Below are positions 1 through 9,171 of a stretch of DNA of 64,000 bases, piece after piece (within the stretch, counting starts at the first letter, position 1; each line of letters begins with the position of its first letter). Origin of the DNA: Candidatus Omnitrophota bacterium. GTDB lineage: Bacteria > Omnitrophota > Gorgyraeia > Tantalellales > Tantalellaceae. The stretch is taken from positions 20,949 to 84,948 of the forward strand of contig JBARQV010000031.1 of NCBI GenBank assembly GCA_049643885.1, in the 5' to 3' direction. The translations under genes and the position numbers were made by a program. The notes below the pieces were generated by a model, which was not told where the DNA came from, searched no databases, and saw nothing but the letters and a program-made list of their open reading frames with translations.

Positions 1-870
1 CGCGAGAGTCGTTATGAGGCCCTGTTTCGCCAGGGGTCTTTTCTTTCCCGCGTTAAGCAGGATAAAACATCCCGTGCCATAGGTGTTCTTCATGGTTCCC
101 GGGTAAAAGCACGCCTGGCCGAAAAGCGCCGCCTGCTGGTCTCCCGCGTCGCCTGAGACGGGTATGTCCGCGGGCAGCTTCCCGGTCCTTACGGTCTTTC
201 CGAAAATACCGGAAGACCTTTTTACTTCAGGCAGCAGGGAGTGCGGTATGCCGAACCTTTTCAATATGGCGTCATCCCAGCGCAGTTTATCGATATTGTA
301 AAGCATCGTGCGCGAGGCGTTCGTGTGATCGGTAGCGTGGACCTTCCCGCCGGTGAGCTTCCAAAGGACCCAGGTGTCGGTGTTGCCGAAAAGAAGCCTG
401 CCCTTTTCCGCTTTCTTCCTCGCCCCGGGCACGTTCTTAAGTATCCACTCTACCTTTGTCGCCGAAAAATACGCGTCTATGGTAAGGCCGGTCTTTTCCC
501 TGAATTCCCGCACGGTTCTTTCGTTTTTCTTTAGTTCGCCGCACCTGGCGGCGGTCCTCCTGCACTGCCATACGATCGCTTTGTGGACGGGTTTTCCGGT
601 TATCCTATCCCATATGACCGTCGTTTCCCGCTGGTTAGTTATACCGATCGCTTCTACCCGGGCGTTTTTCGGCATTTTAGATATGACCTTCTGGATCGCG
701 GAATTGACACTTTGCCATATTTCCTCCGGATCGTGTTCGACCCATCCGGGCTTCGGGAAATATTGTTTGAATTCCCTGTAGAAACTTCCCGCCACCTTGC
801 CGTTCTTGTCATACAGGACCGCGCGGCTTCCTGTCGTGCCCTGGTCTATCGCCAAGATATATTTCATCAT
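1..870 (-). CDS. glpK: glycerol kinase, N-terminal ~290 aa; gene runs off window start
   Basis: Minus-strand translation from ATG at 870 reads [21 protein letters not shown]...[13 protein letters not shown]...[10 protein letters not shown], matching FGGY glycerol kinase motifs; SD AAGGAG upstream; no stop before the window edge. Confidence 0.9.
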   Translation of the reverse strand, partial: MMKYILAIDQGTTGSRAVLYDKNGKVAGSFYREFKQYFPKPGWVEHDPEEIWQSVNSAIQKVISKMPKNARVEAIGITNQRETTVIWDRITGKPVHKAIVWQCRRTAARCGELKKNERTVREFREKTGLTIDAYFSATKVEWILKNVPGARKKAEKGRLLFGNTDTWVLWKLTGGKVHATDHTNASRTMLYNIDKLRWDDAILKRFGIPHSLLPEVKRSSGIFGKTVRTGKLPADIPVSGDAGDQQAALFGQACFYPGTMKNTYGTGCFILLNAGKKRPLAKQGLITTLA

Positions 871-877
871 AAGCTCC

Positions 878-1696
878 TTATATTTTTTGTTCCAGCCAGT
901 TAAGCGTATCCTGGAAAACTTTTTCCCTGTCCAGTTCTACGGAGAGCGCGTGGCGCATTTCCGGATAACGCTTAAGGGTCTTGTCGGCAGTCTCAAGTGA
1001 ACTAAACACCCGAACGCTCGCTTCCGGGTCCACCAGCATGTCATTTCCGGCTACCTGGAAAAGGACCGGTTTTTTGATCCTGGAGGACAGGCGTCCGGAG
1101 CGGACTTGCGCGAAAAATATCTCGGTCAGCAGTTTCGACGAAGCTGTCCTGAGTTCGTCAGGATCGCGGTCCATTGCCTCGCTATACTCTTTGTCGCGCG
1201 TGCACATCCCGGAGTCAAAAGGCAGATGGAATTGTTTTTTGGGGTCGATAAAAGATGCCGAAAATATCCGTAAAAAGTCCCAGGCTGAGAATTTCAGCCT
1301 GTTCCCGAAAGCCGGCGAAAAGCAAATGAGGCCGGCGAAAAGGTCCGGATAAAGGCCCGCGGCAATGAAGGATATAAGCGCGCCCATGCTCTCTCCCAGT
1401 ATGAACACTTTGGCGGACGGGGCCTTTTTCTTAAGGACACCGCGGAGTTTTATAACGTCATCGACGTAAGTATTAAATGAATCTATGTGACCTTTGGGGG
1501 GCGGCGTTTTCCCGAACCCTTTGAGCGCGATCGCGTAGGAGGATATGCCGCGCGCGAGGAAAAACCCGGCCAGGAAATTCCACCTGCCGGTGTGGGCTCC
1601 CAGACCGTGGACAAGAAGAAGCACGGCCCTTGGATGGGTGTGCTCCCATTTTTCGTACATTATACCGGCTTCTTTATCGTCGACGATACGGCCCAC
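878..1696 (-). CDS. alpha/beta hydrolase (lysophospholipase/monoacylglycerol lipase-like)
   Basis: 272 aa ORF with HG oxyanion motif [14 protein letters not shown] and nucleophile elbow GESMGA. Confidence 0.7.
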   Translation of the reverse strand: MGRIVDDKEAGIMYEKWEHTHPRAVLLLVHGLGAHTGRWNFLAGFFLARGISSYAIALKGFGKTPPPKGHIDSFNTYVDDVIKLRGVLKKKAPSAKVFILGESMGALISFIAAGLYPDLFAGLICFSPAFGNRLKFSAWDFLRIFSASFIDPKKQFHLPFDSGMCTRDKEYSEAMDRDPDELRTASSKLLTEIFFAQVRSGRLSSRIKKPVLFQVAGNDMLVDPEASVRVFSSLETADKTLKRYPEMRHALSVELDREKVFQDTLNWLEQKI

Positions 1697-1787
1697 ACGC
1701 GTCCTTGTTTTTAGTAATACTTATTTATTAAATATACATTATTATCGCGGGATATAGAAGGATGTAGCAGGAAAAAGATGAGGCGGA

Positions 1788-2171
1788 TCACTTTTGCAGC
1801 ATGCCTTCCTTGATACCGTCTCTCAACCCCTCGGCGTAACCTGCCTTGTAACCGTTATAGTATCCTTCCTGGTAGCCGGTGCTGTACGCGTCCTGGGGAC
1901 GCATCTGGACGACGTAATTTTCTCTCTGGACCGACTCCCCGCTGATGGCATCAAGAAGCGCCCCGCCGATGATATTCACCCCGACTCCTGCAAGAGCGCC
2001 CTTCCACACATCGCTCCCCTTAGCGCCTGAAGCGGCGCCGCCTAGCGCTCCGGCCCCGGCTCCAAGGAGGCCGGCTCTTAAAATATCTGCTGATGATTTT
2101 TGTGCCAGGCAAGGGAGTTCGGTCGACACCATTAAGGTCATTATGAGCAAAACAACGAATATTTTCTTCAT
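1788..2171 (-). CDS. secreted glycine-zipper protein
   Basis: Signal peptide MKKIFVVLLIMTLMVS; Gly/Ala zipper LLGAGAGALGGAASGAKG...AGVGVNIIGGAL; ECF-type promoter immediately upstream. Confidence 0.55.
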   Translation of the reverse strand: MKKIFVVLLIMTLMVSTELPCLAQKSSADILRAGLLGAGAGALGGAASGAKGSDVWKGALAGVGVNIIGGALLDAISGESVQRENYVVQMRPQDAYSTGYQEGYYNGYKAGYAEGLRDGIKEGMLQK

Positions 2172-2196
2172 GGCACACCCCCTTTCCTCTACTTAA

Positions 2197-2225
2197 TTAG
2201 ACAAAGTATTTGCCTAAAAAGTTCC
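2197..2225 (-). promoter_or_regulatory. ECF-sigma promoter GGAACTT-N16-GTCTAA upstream of the glycine-zipper gene
   Basis: Minus strand reads GGAACTTtttaggcaaatactttGTCTAA about 25 nt upstream of the ATG at 2171. Confidence 0.6.
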
Positions 2226-2249
2226 CATTGTGGGGTGTGGATAGGCGTG

Positions 2250-3005
2250 CTACTTTGATTCCAGGCGGCTTATTTCTTCTTTGGTCAATGCCCTGGTGAC
2301 GTAGATCAGTTTGTTTTCGGCGAGATCTCTTGTCGCTTTTGGTTCTGTCATCACCTCGACAACAGGTCTGAGGGGCAGGTCCCTGTTCGTCTTTATCACT
2401 TTGCCGATCTCCGAGGTGTTAAGCTGGACCCAGCTGCCTTTTGGGTACAGGGTGATCTCTTGCAGAAGGATCTTCGTCAAGCGGGGTTCGAAGAGGTTGA
2501 CCGTGTCAAGAAAGGACGTAATAGTCTCATATGGAGTCATTGGCTGCCTGTATTTCGGCGGGCGGGTAAGACCGTCATAGATATCCGCCAGCTTTACTAT
2601 TTCGTCCATTTCTTTGTCATGTTCGATCTTTTTTAGCACCTCTTCGGTAAATCCGTTGTCCCCTTTTGCATGCGTAAGAGCAAGAAGGGCCAGGTTTCCG
2701 AGCCGGTTTCTGTCGTATTTCAGCCTTACGCCGATCCTGACGGATACGAGGCAGACGTTCAGGGAATGAGCGAAAACATAATCTTCGTCTGAAGATTTGC
2801 TGGTGTATAACAAAAGAGAAACGTCTTCAGAGGAAAGTTTTTTAATGACGGCCACGGCAATATTTATAAGGGCGTTGACTTGATCTTCGACCTGGGATTT
2901 CCCGGCCGCCTGTTTCATGTCTTGTAAAAGCGAGTCGTAGACCTTCTCGGTTTCGCGTGCCTTGCTCTCGGATATGCTTATTTCGGGGCGGTTTTCTTCG
3001 TTCAT
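2250..3005 (-). CDS. HD-GYP-like domain protein with degenerate HD and GYP motifs
   Basis: HSLNV...LTHAKGDNG...YDGLTRPPKYRQPMTPYE pattern resembles HD-GYP but lacks the canonical HD..GK and GYP residues; operonic with a receiver. Confidence 0.45.
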   Translation of the reverse strand: MNEENRPEISISESKARETEKVYDSLLQDMKQAAGKSQVEDQVNALINIAVAVIKKLSSEDVSLLLYTSKSSDEDYVFAHSLNVCLVSVRIGVRLKYDRNRLGNLALLALTHAKGDNGFTEEVLKKIEHDKEMDEIVKLADIYDGLTRPPKYRQPMTPYETITSFLDTVNLFEPRLTKILLQEITLYPKGSWVQLNTSEIGKVIKTNRDLPLRPVVEVMTEPKATRDLAENKLIYVTRALTKEEISRLESK

Positions 3006-3370
3006 TTATCCAGGGCTTTTTTTATTTTTTCTATCAGGTCCGGAAAGTTATCTTTTCTCACGTAATCGACTACGCCGAGCTCTTGCGCGATGACCTCATC
3101 TTCCTGCTCTTTGACGCCCGTCCACACTATCACGGGTATAGACCTTGTCTTGTCGATAGTCTTCATCTTCAGGATAGCTCCGATGCCGTCAAGTTTTGGC
3201 ATGGAGATGTCCATGACGATTATTTCAGGAGAGTGTTTTGCGGCCTGTTCGATGGATTCAATGCCGTTTTTCGCTTCGATGATGTCATAGCCGGCGTCCG
3301 ACAGTTTTTTTCTCATTACCCGGAGGATGTTTACATCATCATCTACTATCAAAACAAGCGGTTTGAACAT
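3002..3370 (-). CDS. response regulator receiver domain protein (CheY-like)
   Basis: LIVDDD...MDISMP...K receiver signature in a 122 aa ORF. Confidence 0.85.
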   Translation of the reverse strand: MFKPLVLIVDDDVNILRVMRKKLSDAGYDIIEAKNGIESIEQAAKHSPEIIVMDISMPKLDGIGAILKMKTIDKTRSIPVIVWTGVKEQEDEVIAQELGVVDYVRKDNFPDLIEKIKKALDK

Positions 3371-3511
3371 GGTTTCTCCCTTTCTGGATATTTAGCGCTT
3401 TCCTGAAATCGATATATTATATCCTGTGAAGTGCAAAATGGCAAATGTGTTGTGGGGACGGTCCTGTAGGTTGCAGCCATAGATACAGAACCGTCCCTGC
3501 GGGGGTACATA

Positions 3512-4003
3512 TTACCAGCGGTGCTGTTTTCTTCCCATTTTGTCCGGGCGTTTTTTGCCGTAGTGCTTTGTCTTTTCCGTGAACTTCTCGAACTGTTCTT
3601 TGGTCAGGACGGACTTGGTGTCCATGATGGACGAGACCCTTGTATCGATGAGCTCTCCCTGCAATTCCTTTATATCCGCGACTAAACCGTTCATCTTGCG
3701 CGTGTCGGAATCGTAGCGTTCGAGTTCCTTCCGGAGCTCTTCTTTCTTTTCTTTCAGAGCTTCACGGGTCTTTTGTCGTTTTTCCCTGTTCGCTTCCCTG
3801 AGGCGGGTCATTCCCTCTTTTTGCTCATCGGTAAGGCCCAGTTCATCGAGGAATTTTTCCCTTTTTTCCATCATTTTTTCTTTGTATTCGCCTTTTTCAT
3901 GATGGCGCGTTTCGGAAAACGCGGGACAAGCCGTCAGGACAAGCCCAGCGGCAATTGCCAGAACCATGATCTGTTTCAAAGTTTGTTTCTTCATCTTGAT
4001 CAC
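3512..4003 (-). CDS. Spy/CpxP-family periplasmic protein
   Basis: Signal peptide; two LTXXQ motifs (LTDEQ, LTKEQ); coiled-coil K/E-rich; ECF promoter upstream. Confidence 0.65.
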   Translation of the reverse strand: MIKMKKQTLKQIMVLAIAAGLVLTACPAFSETRHHEKGEYKEKMMEKREKFLDELGLTDEQKEGMTRLREANREKRQKTREALKEKKEELRKELERYDSDTRKMNGLVADIKELQGELIDTRVSSIMDTKSVLTKEQFEKFTEKTKHYGKKRPDKMGRKQHRW

Positions 4004-4016
4004 CTCCCTCGCTTAA

Positions 4017-4045
4017 TTAGACAAGGGCTAATCGCAAAAAGTTCC
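4017..4045 (-). promoter_or_regulatory. ECF-sigma promoter GGAACTT-N16-GTCTAA upstream of the Spy-like gene
   Basis: Minus strand reads GGAACTTtttgcgattagcccttGTCTAAT. Confidence 0.6.
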
Positions 4046-4047
4046 TC

Positions 4048-4548
4048 TTAAAGCAGGTATTTTTCGATATCGGTGCCGAAATCCATATCGCCGATGCCCG
4101 TTCCATTTTCGCCGTTCTCTCCAAGGGCAACGAGGAATTCTGCCTGCTCAGCAAGGAAGCTGTTCACGGGATCTTCCCTTTTTAAGTAAATGTTCACCAA
4201 TATAAGAAGACAGGCTACAAGTGTTGCCACGCCTGCCGTTGCGAATGCGAGCCTGGGCCTGGTAAAAACGGCTACGAAACCTTCTTTGGTGGTTTCCAGG
4301 AAGCTTTTTCTTTCCGCTTCTTGAGCAATGGCTTCCTTTATACTGCTCCAGATCCTCTCGGGCGGAACGGCTTTCTCCGCTTTCTCAAAGGGCTCGACCG
4401 CCAGCTTCCGGAGGTTCTCTTCGAATTTCCTGCATTTCGCGCAGGCGCCCAGGTGTCCTTCTACCTCTCGCCGGTCTTTTTGGTCCAGCTCGCCGTCAAT
4501 ATAGTCATACAGCATTTTTTTGACTTTATCGCACTTCATCTCGCTCAC
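4048..4548 (-). CDS. anti-sigma factor, zf-HC2 type with one TM helix
   Basis: HLGACAKCRKFEENL zinc-finger motif; TM segment LAFATAGVATLVACLLILVNIY; overlaps the sigma gene by 23 nt. Confidence 0.6.
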   Translation of the reverse strand: MSEMKCDKVKKMLYDYIDGELDQKDRREVEGHLGACAKCRKFEENLRKLAVEPFEKAEKAVPPERIWSSIKEAIAQEAERKSFLETTKEGFVAVFTRPRLAFATAGVATLVACLLILVNIYLKREDPVNSFLAEQAEFLVALGENGENGTGIGDMDFGTDIEKYLL

Positions 4549-5092
4549 CTTCTTTTCCGAACTTTTCCAGGATCTTCGTCCTGGCTCTTTTCAACCTGGT
4601 TCTTACGGTATTGATATTGATCCTTAAAGTTTTTGCTATTTCTTCATAACTTAAACCTTCAATATTCCTTAAGACTATGCACGCCCTTTGGTCCGGGTTA
4701 AGCATGTCCAGTATCGATCTGATCAGTTTTTCGTTATCACTTTTGTATATCTCTTTCTCGGCGTTTTCGGCCGCGTGCCCGGTTTCGATACTGTCATCAT
4801 ATTCGACTGTTCTCATCTTCTCTCTTTTTCGCTTCTTGTATTTGTTTATCGCTGTATTGGCCGTAATCCTGTATATCCAGGTCTTAAAAGAGGACTGGAA
4901 GCGGAAATTCCTGAGACCCCTGTAAACCTTCATGAAGACGTCCTGTGTCACCTCTTCCGCGTCTTCCTTGCTGGCCGTTATCCGCAGCGCCGTATTATAA
5001 ACGAGGCCGGAGGACGCCCTGTATATTTCCGCAAAAGCGTCTACGTCCCCTTCCGCTGCTCGCAGTATGGTTTGCCTGGGAATATCCCTCAT
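4526..5092 (-). CDS. ECF RNA polymerase sigma-70 family factor
   Basis: Sigma70 region 2 (EVTQDVFMKVYR) and region 4 (LSYEEIAKTLRININTVRTRLKRAR) signatures. Confidence 0.9.
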   Translation of the reverse strand: MRDIPRQTILRAAEGDVDAFAEIYRASSGLVYNTALRITASKEDAEEVTQDVFMKVYRGLRNFRFQSSFKTWIYRITANTAINKYKKRKREKMRTVEYDDSIETGHAAENAEKEIYKSDNEKLIRSILDMLNPDQRACIVLRNIEGLSYEEIAKTLRININTVRTRLKRARTKILEKFGKEGERDEVR

Positions 5093-5107
5093 TTTGTCCT
5101 CGTTATA

Positions 5108-5136
5108 TTAGACAATTACAGGCGAGAAAAAGTTTC
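5108..5136 (-). promoter_or_regulatory. autoregulatory ECF-sigma promoter GAAACTT-N16-GTCTAA
   Basis: Minus strand reads TGAAACTTtttctcgcctgtaattGTCTAAT upstream of the sigma ATG at 5092. Confidence 0.55.
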
Positions 5137-5228
5137 AAAAAATACTGTTTATGACCAGCCTTCTTTATGCTGCCCTTCTTCGTTCGAGGCTGAACACGGG
5201 GTCTCAGGGCACCGGAAAATAGTATATA

Positions 5229-5738
5229 TTAAGGTTTTTCTCGAGTCAAATTTCCAAACCGCCCGTTATCTTTTGACTTTGGAAGTTTATGGATATTCTT
5301 CTCGAGCCATCCGGTCTTTATTTTTTCTTTTTTATCGAATTGAGGCACGTAGGGTTTGATGTCAAGAAGAGGCGTCCCATCGATTATATCGACATCCCGG
5401 ATATGGAGGATGTTTCCCTCGATCCTGTCAAGGCGCACCGTTGAGAGCCCTATAGGGTTTGGCCTGCACGGGCTGCGTGTCGCGAAAACGCCTCTTGGTT
5501 CATTGTCCATATATGGCACAACAGACAAAGGCGCGCTTTTAGAGAGGTGAAAATGGCATAGAAGAATTATGTGCGAAAAGCCAGCGACATCCTTTAAGCC
5601 CTTGGTAAATTCGGGGAATATTTCCACAGCCCCCTTTACGTTTTTGGCCGCAGCAGGCTGTATAGGCGTGCCGCGGGACTCTTTAAAAGGCGAATGAACG
5701 ATACCTATGGGTTTATATTTGATCTCCTTCATTAACAC
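5229..5738 (-). CDS. tsaA: tRNA (adenine37-N6)-methyltransferase TsaA/YaeB family
   Basis: IGIVHSPF...RGTPIQP...GFSHIILLCHFH YaeB-like motifs. Confidence 0.75.
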   Translation of the reverse strand: MLMKEIKYKPIGIVHSPFKESRGTPIQPAAAKNVKGAVEIFPEFTKGLKDVAGFSHIILLCHFHLSKSAPLSVVPYMDNEPRGVFATRSPCRPNPIGLSTVRLDRIEGNILHIRDVDIIDGTPLLDIKPYVPQFDKKEKIKTGWLEKNIHKLPKSKDNGRFGNLTREKP

Positions 5739-5752
5739 CCTTTTCCGCGCAA

Positions 5753-6394
5753 TTAGCGCTTTTTTATGGCGCTGACTACCACAAAACCACCCCGGCCAAA
5801 ACCCTTTGAGGTTTTATGAACAGACTTCATCTCGCCAGGCAATCTAAATATCGTTTGGTTACAAGAAATTCTAACAAATCCTGCCTTGGTCAGCAAATCT
5901 TTTACTTCTTCGACCTTCAGCAGATTCGCGTTTTTGTAAAAAGGACCTTTTTTCTTTTTATAATATCGGCCTAAAAAACTGTTCTTATCGATTATCCCGG
6001 CAATGATCTTGCCGGTTTTTCTTAAAACCCTATTGGCTTCTTTCAGGACTTTTTCCGGATCCTTGACAAAGCTTAAAGTTATAATAAGAGCCACATAATC
6101 AAACGATCCGTTATTAAAAGGCAATTTCTCGCCGGATCCCGGTTGGACATCGACGCCTCTTTTGGAAGCGATCTTGAGCATGTTCTTTGCCGGATCGATC
6201 CCATATTTGATCCCCAGAGATGCTGCAAATCTACCCGTCCCTACTCCTATCTCTAATCCTTTCCCTGTCTTCGGCAAATTTTTCCGCATAGCTTCGACTT
6301 CTGAAAGATAAGCAAATCTGTTCTTGTCATACCAGGCGTCGTATTTTTTGTAGTATTTATCGAAAATATTACTCATAGATCGAGATTTCCCCAC
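5753..6394 (-). CDS. class I SAM-dependent methyltransferase
   Basis: LEIGVGTGRF motif I and PFNNGSFDYV post-I region. Confidence 0.75.
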   Translation of the reverse strand: MGKSRSMSNIFDKYYKKYDAWYDKNRFAYLSEVEAMRKNLPKTGKGLEIGVGTGRFAASLGIKYGIDPAKNMLKIASKRGVDVQPGSGEKLPFNNGSFDYVALIITLSFVKDPEKVLKEANRVLRKTGKIIAGIIDKNSFLGRYYKKKKGPFYKNANLLKVEEVKDLLTKAGFVRISCNQTIFRLPGEMKSVHKTSKGFGRGGFVVVSAIKKR

Positions 6395-6690
6395 CAGCCG
6401 TCATAGAATCTTTTATAGTGATCGTATAGTTCTTTCTCGATCCTTGTTTCTTTGACGGATTTTTCGTTGAAAGGAAAACTAAAATTGAGACAATAATTCA
6501 TAAGGACTTCATTGGCGTGATTTATCTTTTTGAACATTTCCTCACATTCTTTTTTCTTTTCGTCTTTGCATTTGTCGGGGTGGTATTTCAATGACATTCG
6601 CCTAAAGGCTTCTTTTATGTCTTGAAATGTCGCACTTTCACCCAAGCCCAGCAATTTTCTGGCTTCGTCTATTTGTTTGTAATCAGCCAC
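6373..6690 (-). CDS. J-domain protein, probable GTG start; ORF-track call extends to 6906
   Basis: J domain DYKQIDEARKLLGLGESATFQDIKEAFRRMSLKYHPDK; GTG at 6690 with SD AGGGGA sits right after the stop of the upstream DUF5320-like ORF; the 70 aa Ala-rich N-terminal extension to 6906 overlaps that ORF in another frame. Confidence 0.5.
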   Translation of the reverse strand: MADYKQIDEARKLLGLGESATFQDIKEAFRRMSLKYHPDKCKDEKKKECEEMFKKINHANEVLMNYCLNFSFPFNEKSVKETRIEKELYDHYKRFYDGWWGNLDL

Positions 6691-6694
6691 TGTA

Positions 6695-6913
6695 TTATCC
6701 CCTGACCATTCGCTCGCCGCATTTAGGGCATTTAATGCTGTCGCATGGTACGCCTGCCTTATGCGGAACTGATAATCTACAATGGGGGCATAAGCAGATG
6801 CCGCCTGGCCCCATGCCGGGACGCTTGCCGCGCATTTTTCCATGGCCGCTTCCCATGCCTCTACCGGTTTCCGGGCCTTGTCCCCGGGGTCCTGTTCCAT
6901 CACCAAATGGCAT
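6695..6913 (-). CDS. DUF5320-like Gly-rich protein with C-terminal CxxC...CxxC zinc ribbon
   Basis: MPFGDGTGPRGQGPETGRGMG... matches the MPxGDGTGP N-terminus of the paralog at 12179..12565; CPHC...CPKCG zinc ribbon; strong SD GGAGGTG before the ATG at 6913. Confidence 0.5.
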   Translation of the reverse strand: MPFGDGTGPRGQGPETGRGMGSGHGKMRGKRPGMGPGGICLCPHCRLSVPHKAGVPCDSIKCPKCGERMVRG

Positions 6914-6931
6914 AAAGACCACCTCCAACTT

Positions 6932-7708
6932 TTAGACTTTGCCTCTTCTTTTGAGTGTATCTTTCCTGCTGACAGGTTTTACTTTTTTCTTTTTGCTTTT
7001 ATAAACCGAGATCGTATTTAACGCTTTAAAATATCTTTCGATCTCCCGCATTTTTTTCTTCGATAATGGTTTTACCGCGCATGGCCTGAGCGGTGTATTG
7101 AGCTGGATCTCGTCCGCATCGATCTTTTTCGCAAGTTGTGCTATTTCGCCGGCAAATTTTTCATTTTCTTTTATGAACATGATCTGGAGCGCCAATTTTC
7201 CGGCATAGCCGGCTGAAAACTTCTTGATGCCGTCGATCACTTTTTGCAATGTTATCCCTTTCAAAGGCCTGTTGATCTCTTTAAAGGTCTTCTCGGAAGA
7301 AGCGTCAAGTTTGGCAACGACAAGATCGGCATGCGACAGGTCTTTTCTTACGTCTTTCCTGTGCATCAAGGATGAGTTTGTCAGGACGGCGACAGGTTCT
7401 TTCCTGATGCTCTTTACGGTCTTGATCATTTCTCCCAGATTTTTGGCAAGGGTGGGTTCTCCCGCTCCGGAAAAAGTTATGTAATCTATCTTTACGGTCG
7501 GCAGAGATCTTATTTCCTGGACTATTTTTGATACAGGGACGAAGTTTTTTCTCCGGCCGGTCAGCATTTTTGTCTTGCCAAGCTGGCAATAAACACAGTC
7601 AAAGCTGCATATTTTGACTTCGGCCGAGATCGGGTCGACCCCTAAAGACCGGCCGAGTCTCCAGGAGGGCACGGGGCCGTAGATATATTTATACCTTTTT
7701 TTAGCCAT
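6932..7708 (-). CDS. radical SAM domain protein
   Basis: CxxxCxxC (CSFDCVYCQ); N-terminal YIYGPVPSWRLGRSLGVD; Lys-rich C-terminal tail; start taken at MAKKRYKY just after the upstream stop. Confidence 0.75.
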   Translation of the reverse strand: MAKKRYKYIYGPVPSWRLGRSLGVDPISAEVKICSFDCVYCQLGKTKMLTGRRKNFVPVSKIVQEIRSLPTVKIDYITFSGAGEPTLAKNLGEMIKTVKSIRKEPVAVLTNSSLMHRKDVRKDLSHADLVVAKLDASSEKTFKEINRPLKGITLQKVIDGIKKFSAGYAGKLALQIMFIKENEKFAGEIAQLAKKIDADEIQLNTPLRPCAVKPLSKKKMREIERYFKALNTISVYKSKKKKVKPVSRKDTLKRRGKV

Positions 7709-8330
7709 TTTTCTCCGCGACCAGTATCCAGTGGCATTTATGGTCAAGACTTTCGACCTTGTACCCCATTCCGGCAATGAGTGACCGCGCCTGTTCACGG
7801 TTCGCCATGGGGTGATCGTGCGCGCCGCCCTCTTCCCGGTGAGTGGAATCTATTATCTCCCTGCCTTTTTCATTGAAGTCGGCGATAATAAGCTTACCGC
7901 CCACGCGCAAGACCCTATCGGCCTCGGCAAGGACCGCGTCAATCTTCTCTAAATGATGGAACAGGTTTACGGCTATCACGTTGTCGAAGCTGGCGTCAGA
8001 AAAATCCATGTGATAAGCGTCCATCAGGTAAAATCTTGCTTTTGAAAGAAGTTTTTCGCAAGCGAGCCTGCAAGCTGTTTTTTTCAAGGCTTCCTTGTCC
8101 GTGTCGATAGAGACGAATTTGTATCCTTCCCTGGCAAGCGAAAGAGCGGTATATCCCGTGCCGGTGCCGAGTTCCAGTATGCGTCCTTCCAAAGGCCCCA
8201 TTTTTTCAAAGATGGTCTTCCTGAACCCTTCAAAGTCAAGCCCCTTTTTCTTGTAAAGAGCGATCCTTTCTTCATGGTGCCTGTGGACCTCTTGTATCTC
8301 ATTATCCGTCAATTCAGGAGTGTATTCCAT
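7701..8330 (-). CDS. class I SAM-dependent methyltransferase
   Basis: LELGTGTGYTAL motif I. Confidence 0.7.
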   Translation of the reverse strand: MEYTPELTDNEIQEVHRHHEERIALYKKKGLDFEGFRKTIFEKMGPLEGRILELGTGTGYTALSLAREGYKFVSIDTDKEALKKTACRLACEKLLSKARFYLMDAYHMDFSDASFDNVIAVNLFHHLEKIDAVLAEADRVLRVGGKLIIADFNEKGREIIDSTHREEGGAHDHPMANREQARSLIAGMGYKVESLDHKCHWILVAEKNG

Positions 8331-9160
8331 ATCTTTACGATTTCCTTTCCGGCTTTGCTGTCTTTGTATTCTATTATTGTTTTTTCCTCGACCAGTGCCT
8401 CTACTACCGCCCTGTCAAATGGTATTTCTCCAGCAAAGGGGATGTTATTATCATGGCAGTAGTCCTTTATCCGGTTTGTCATATCGACGTTCAGATCATA
8501 TTTGTTTATGACGACTTTTACGGGGATATTAAAGTGACGCGCTACTTTGATCACCCTGTCGGCGTCGTGAAGCCCCGAAAGTGTAGGTTCAGTTACTACA
8601 AGGGCGAAATCCACGCCCGAAAGAGAAGCTATAACGGGGCAACCTATGCCCGGCGAACCGTCAATGATCACCCAATCAAATCTTTGCTTCTCTGCTATTT
8701 CTTTTGCTTTTTGCCGGACCAGGGTCACGAGCTTGCCCGAGTTCTCTTCACCGATCCCTAATTTCGCGTGGACCAAAGGGCCGAACCTTGTATCGGAAAT
8801 ATACCACTCGCCCGTAGCATTCTCCTGCATTTTTATCGCGTTTACGGGACAGGCATAATAACAAAAACCGCACCCTTCGCAGGCGACAGGGTCTATCGCG
8901 TAATCTTCGCTTACGGCGTCAAAACGGCAGACAGCTACACACCTGCCGCATTCCGTGCAGAGCCTTTTATCTATAAAGGCGGTCGCGCCGCTTTTAAATT
9001 CATGCCGCTCTTTTATCGAGGGTTTTAAAAGCAGGTGCAGGTCTGCCGCGTCGACATCGCAGTCCGCCATTACCTTATTTTTGGCCAGAGCAGCGAGTGA
9101 CGCGGTGAGTACCGTTTTACCTGTGCCGCCTTTTCCGCTTATTACAACTATCTGTTTCAT
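8309..9160 (-). CDS. MinD/ParA-superfamily P-loop ATPase with inserted 2x[4Fe-4S] ferredoxin domain
   Basis: GKGGTGKT Walker A; CTECGRCVAVC and CEGCGFCYYACP ferredoxin motifs. Confidence 0.8.
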   Translation of the reverse strand: MKQIVVISGKGGTGKTVLTASLAALAKNKVMADCDVDAADLHLLLKPSIKERHEFKSGATAFIDKRLCTECGRCVAVCRFDAVSEDYAIDPVACEGCGFCYYACPVNAIKMQENATGEWYISDTRFGPLVHAKLGIGEENSGKLVTLVRQKAKEIAEKQRFDWVIIDGSPGIGCPVIASLSGVDFALVVTEPTLSGLHDADRVIKVARHFNIPVKVVINKYDLNVDMTNRIKDYCHDNNIPFAGEIPFDRAVVEALVEEKTIIEYKDSKAGKEIVKIWNTLLN

Positions 9161-9171
9161 CTTAGATCTTT

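Noticed and set aside
241-1000. Plus-strand ORFs 241..534, 353..781, 583..903, 797..1000
   Set aside because: They lie antisense to a clear glycerol kinase gene and have low-complexity translations. They are shadows of the minus-strand gene.
4688-5359. 223 aa plus-strand ORF
   Set aside because: Antisense to the ECF sigma and TsaA genes; no motifs and no RBS.
6690-6906. Long N-terminal extension of the J-domain ORF
   Set aside because: Ala-rich, caused by the GC-rich Gly/Pro codons of the overlapping DUF5320-like frame. A GTG start with SD follows the upstream stop exactly.
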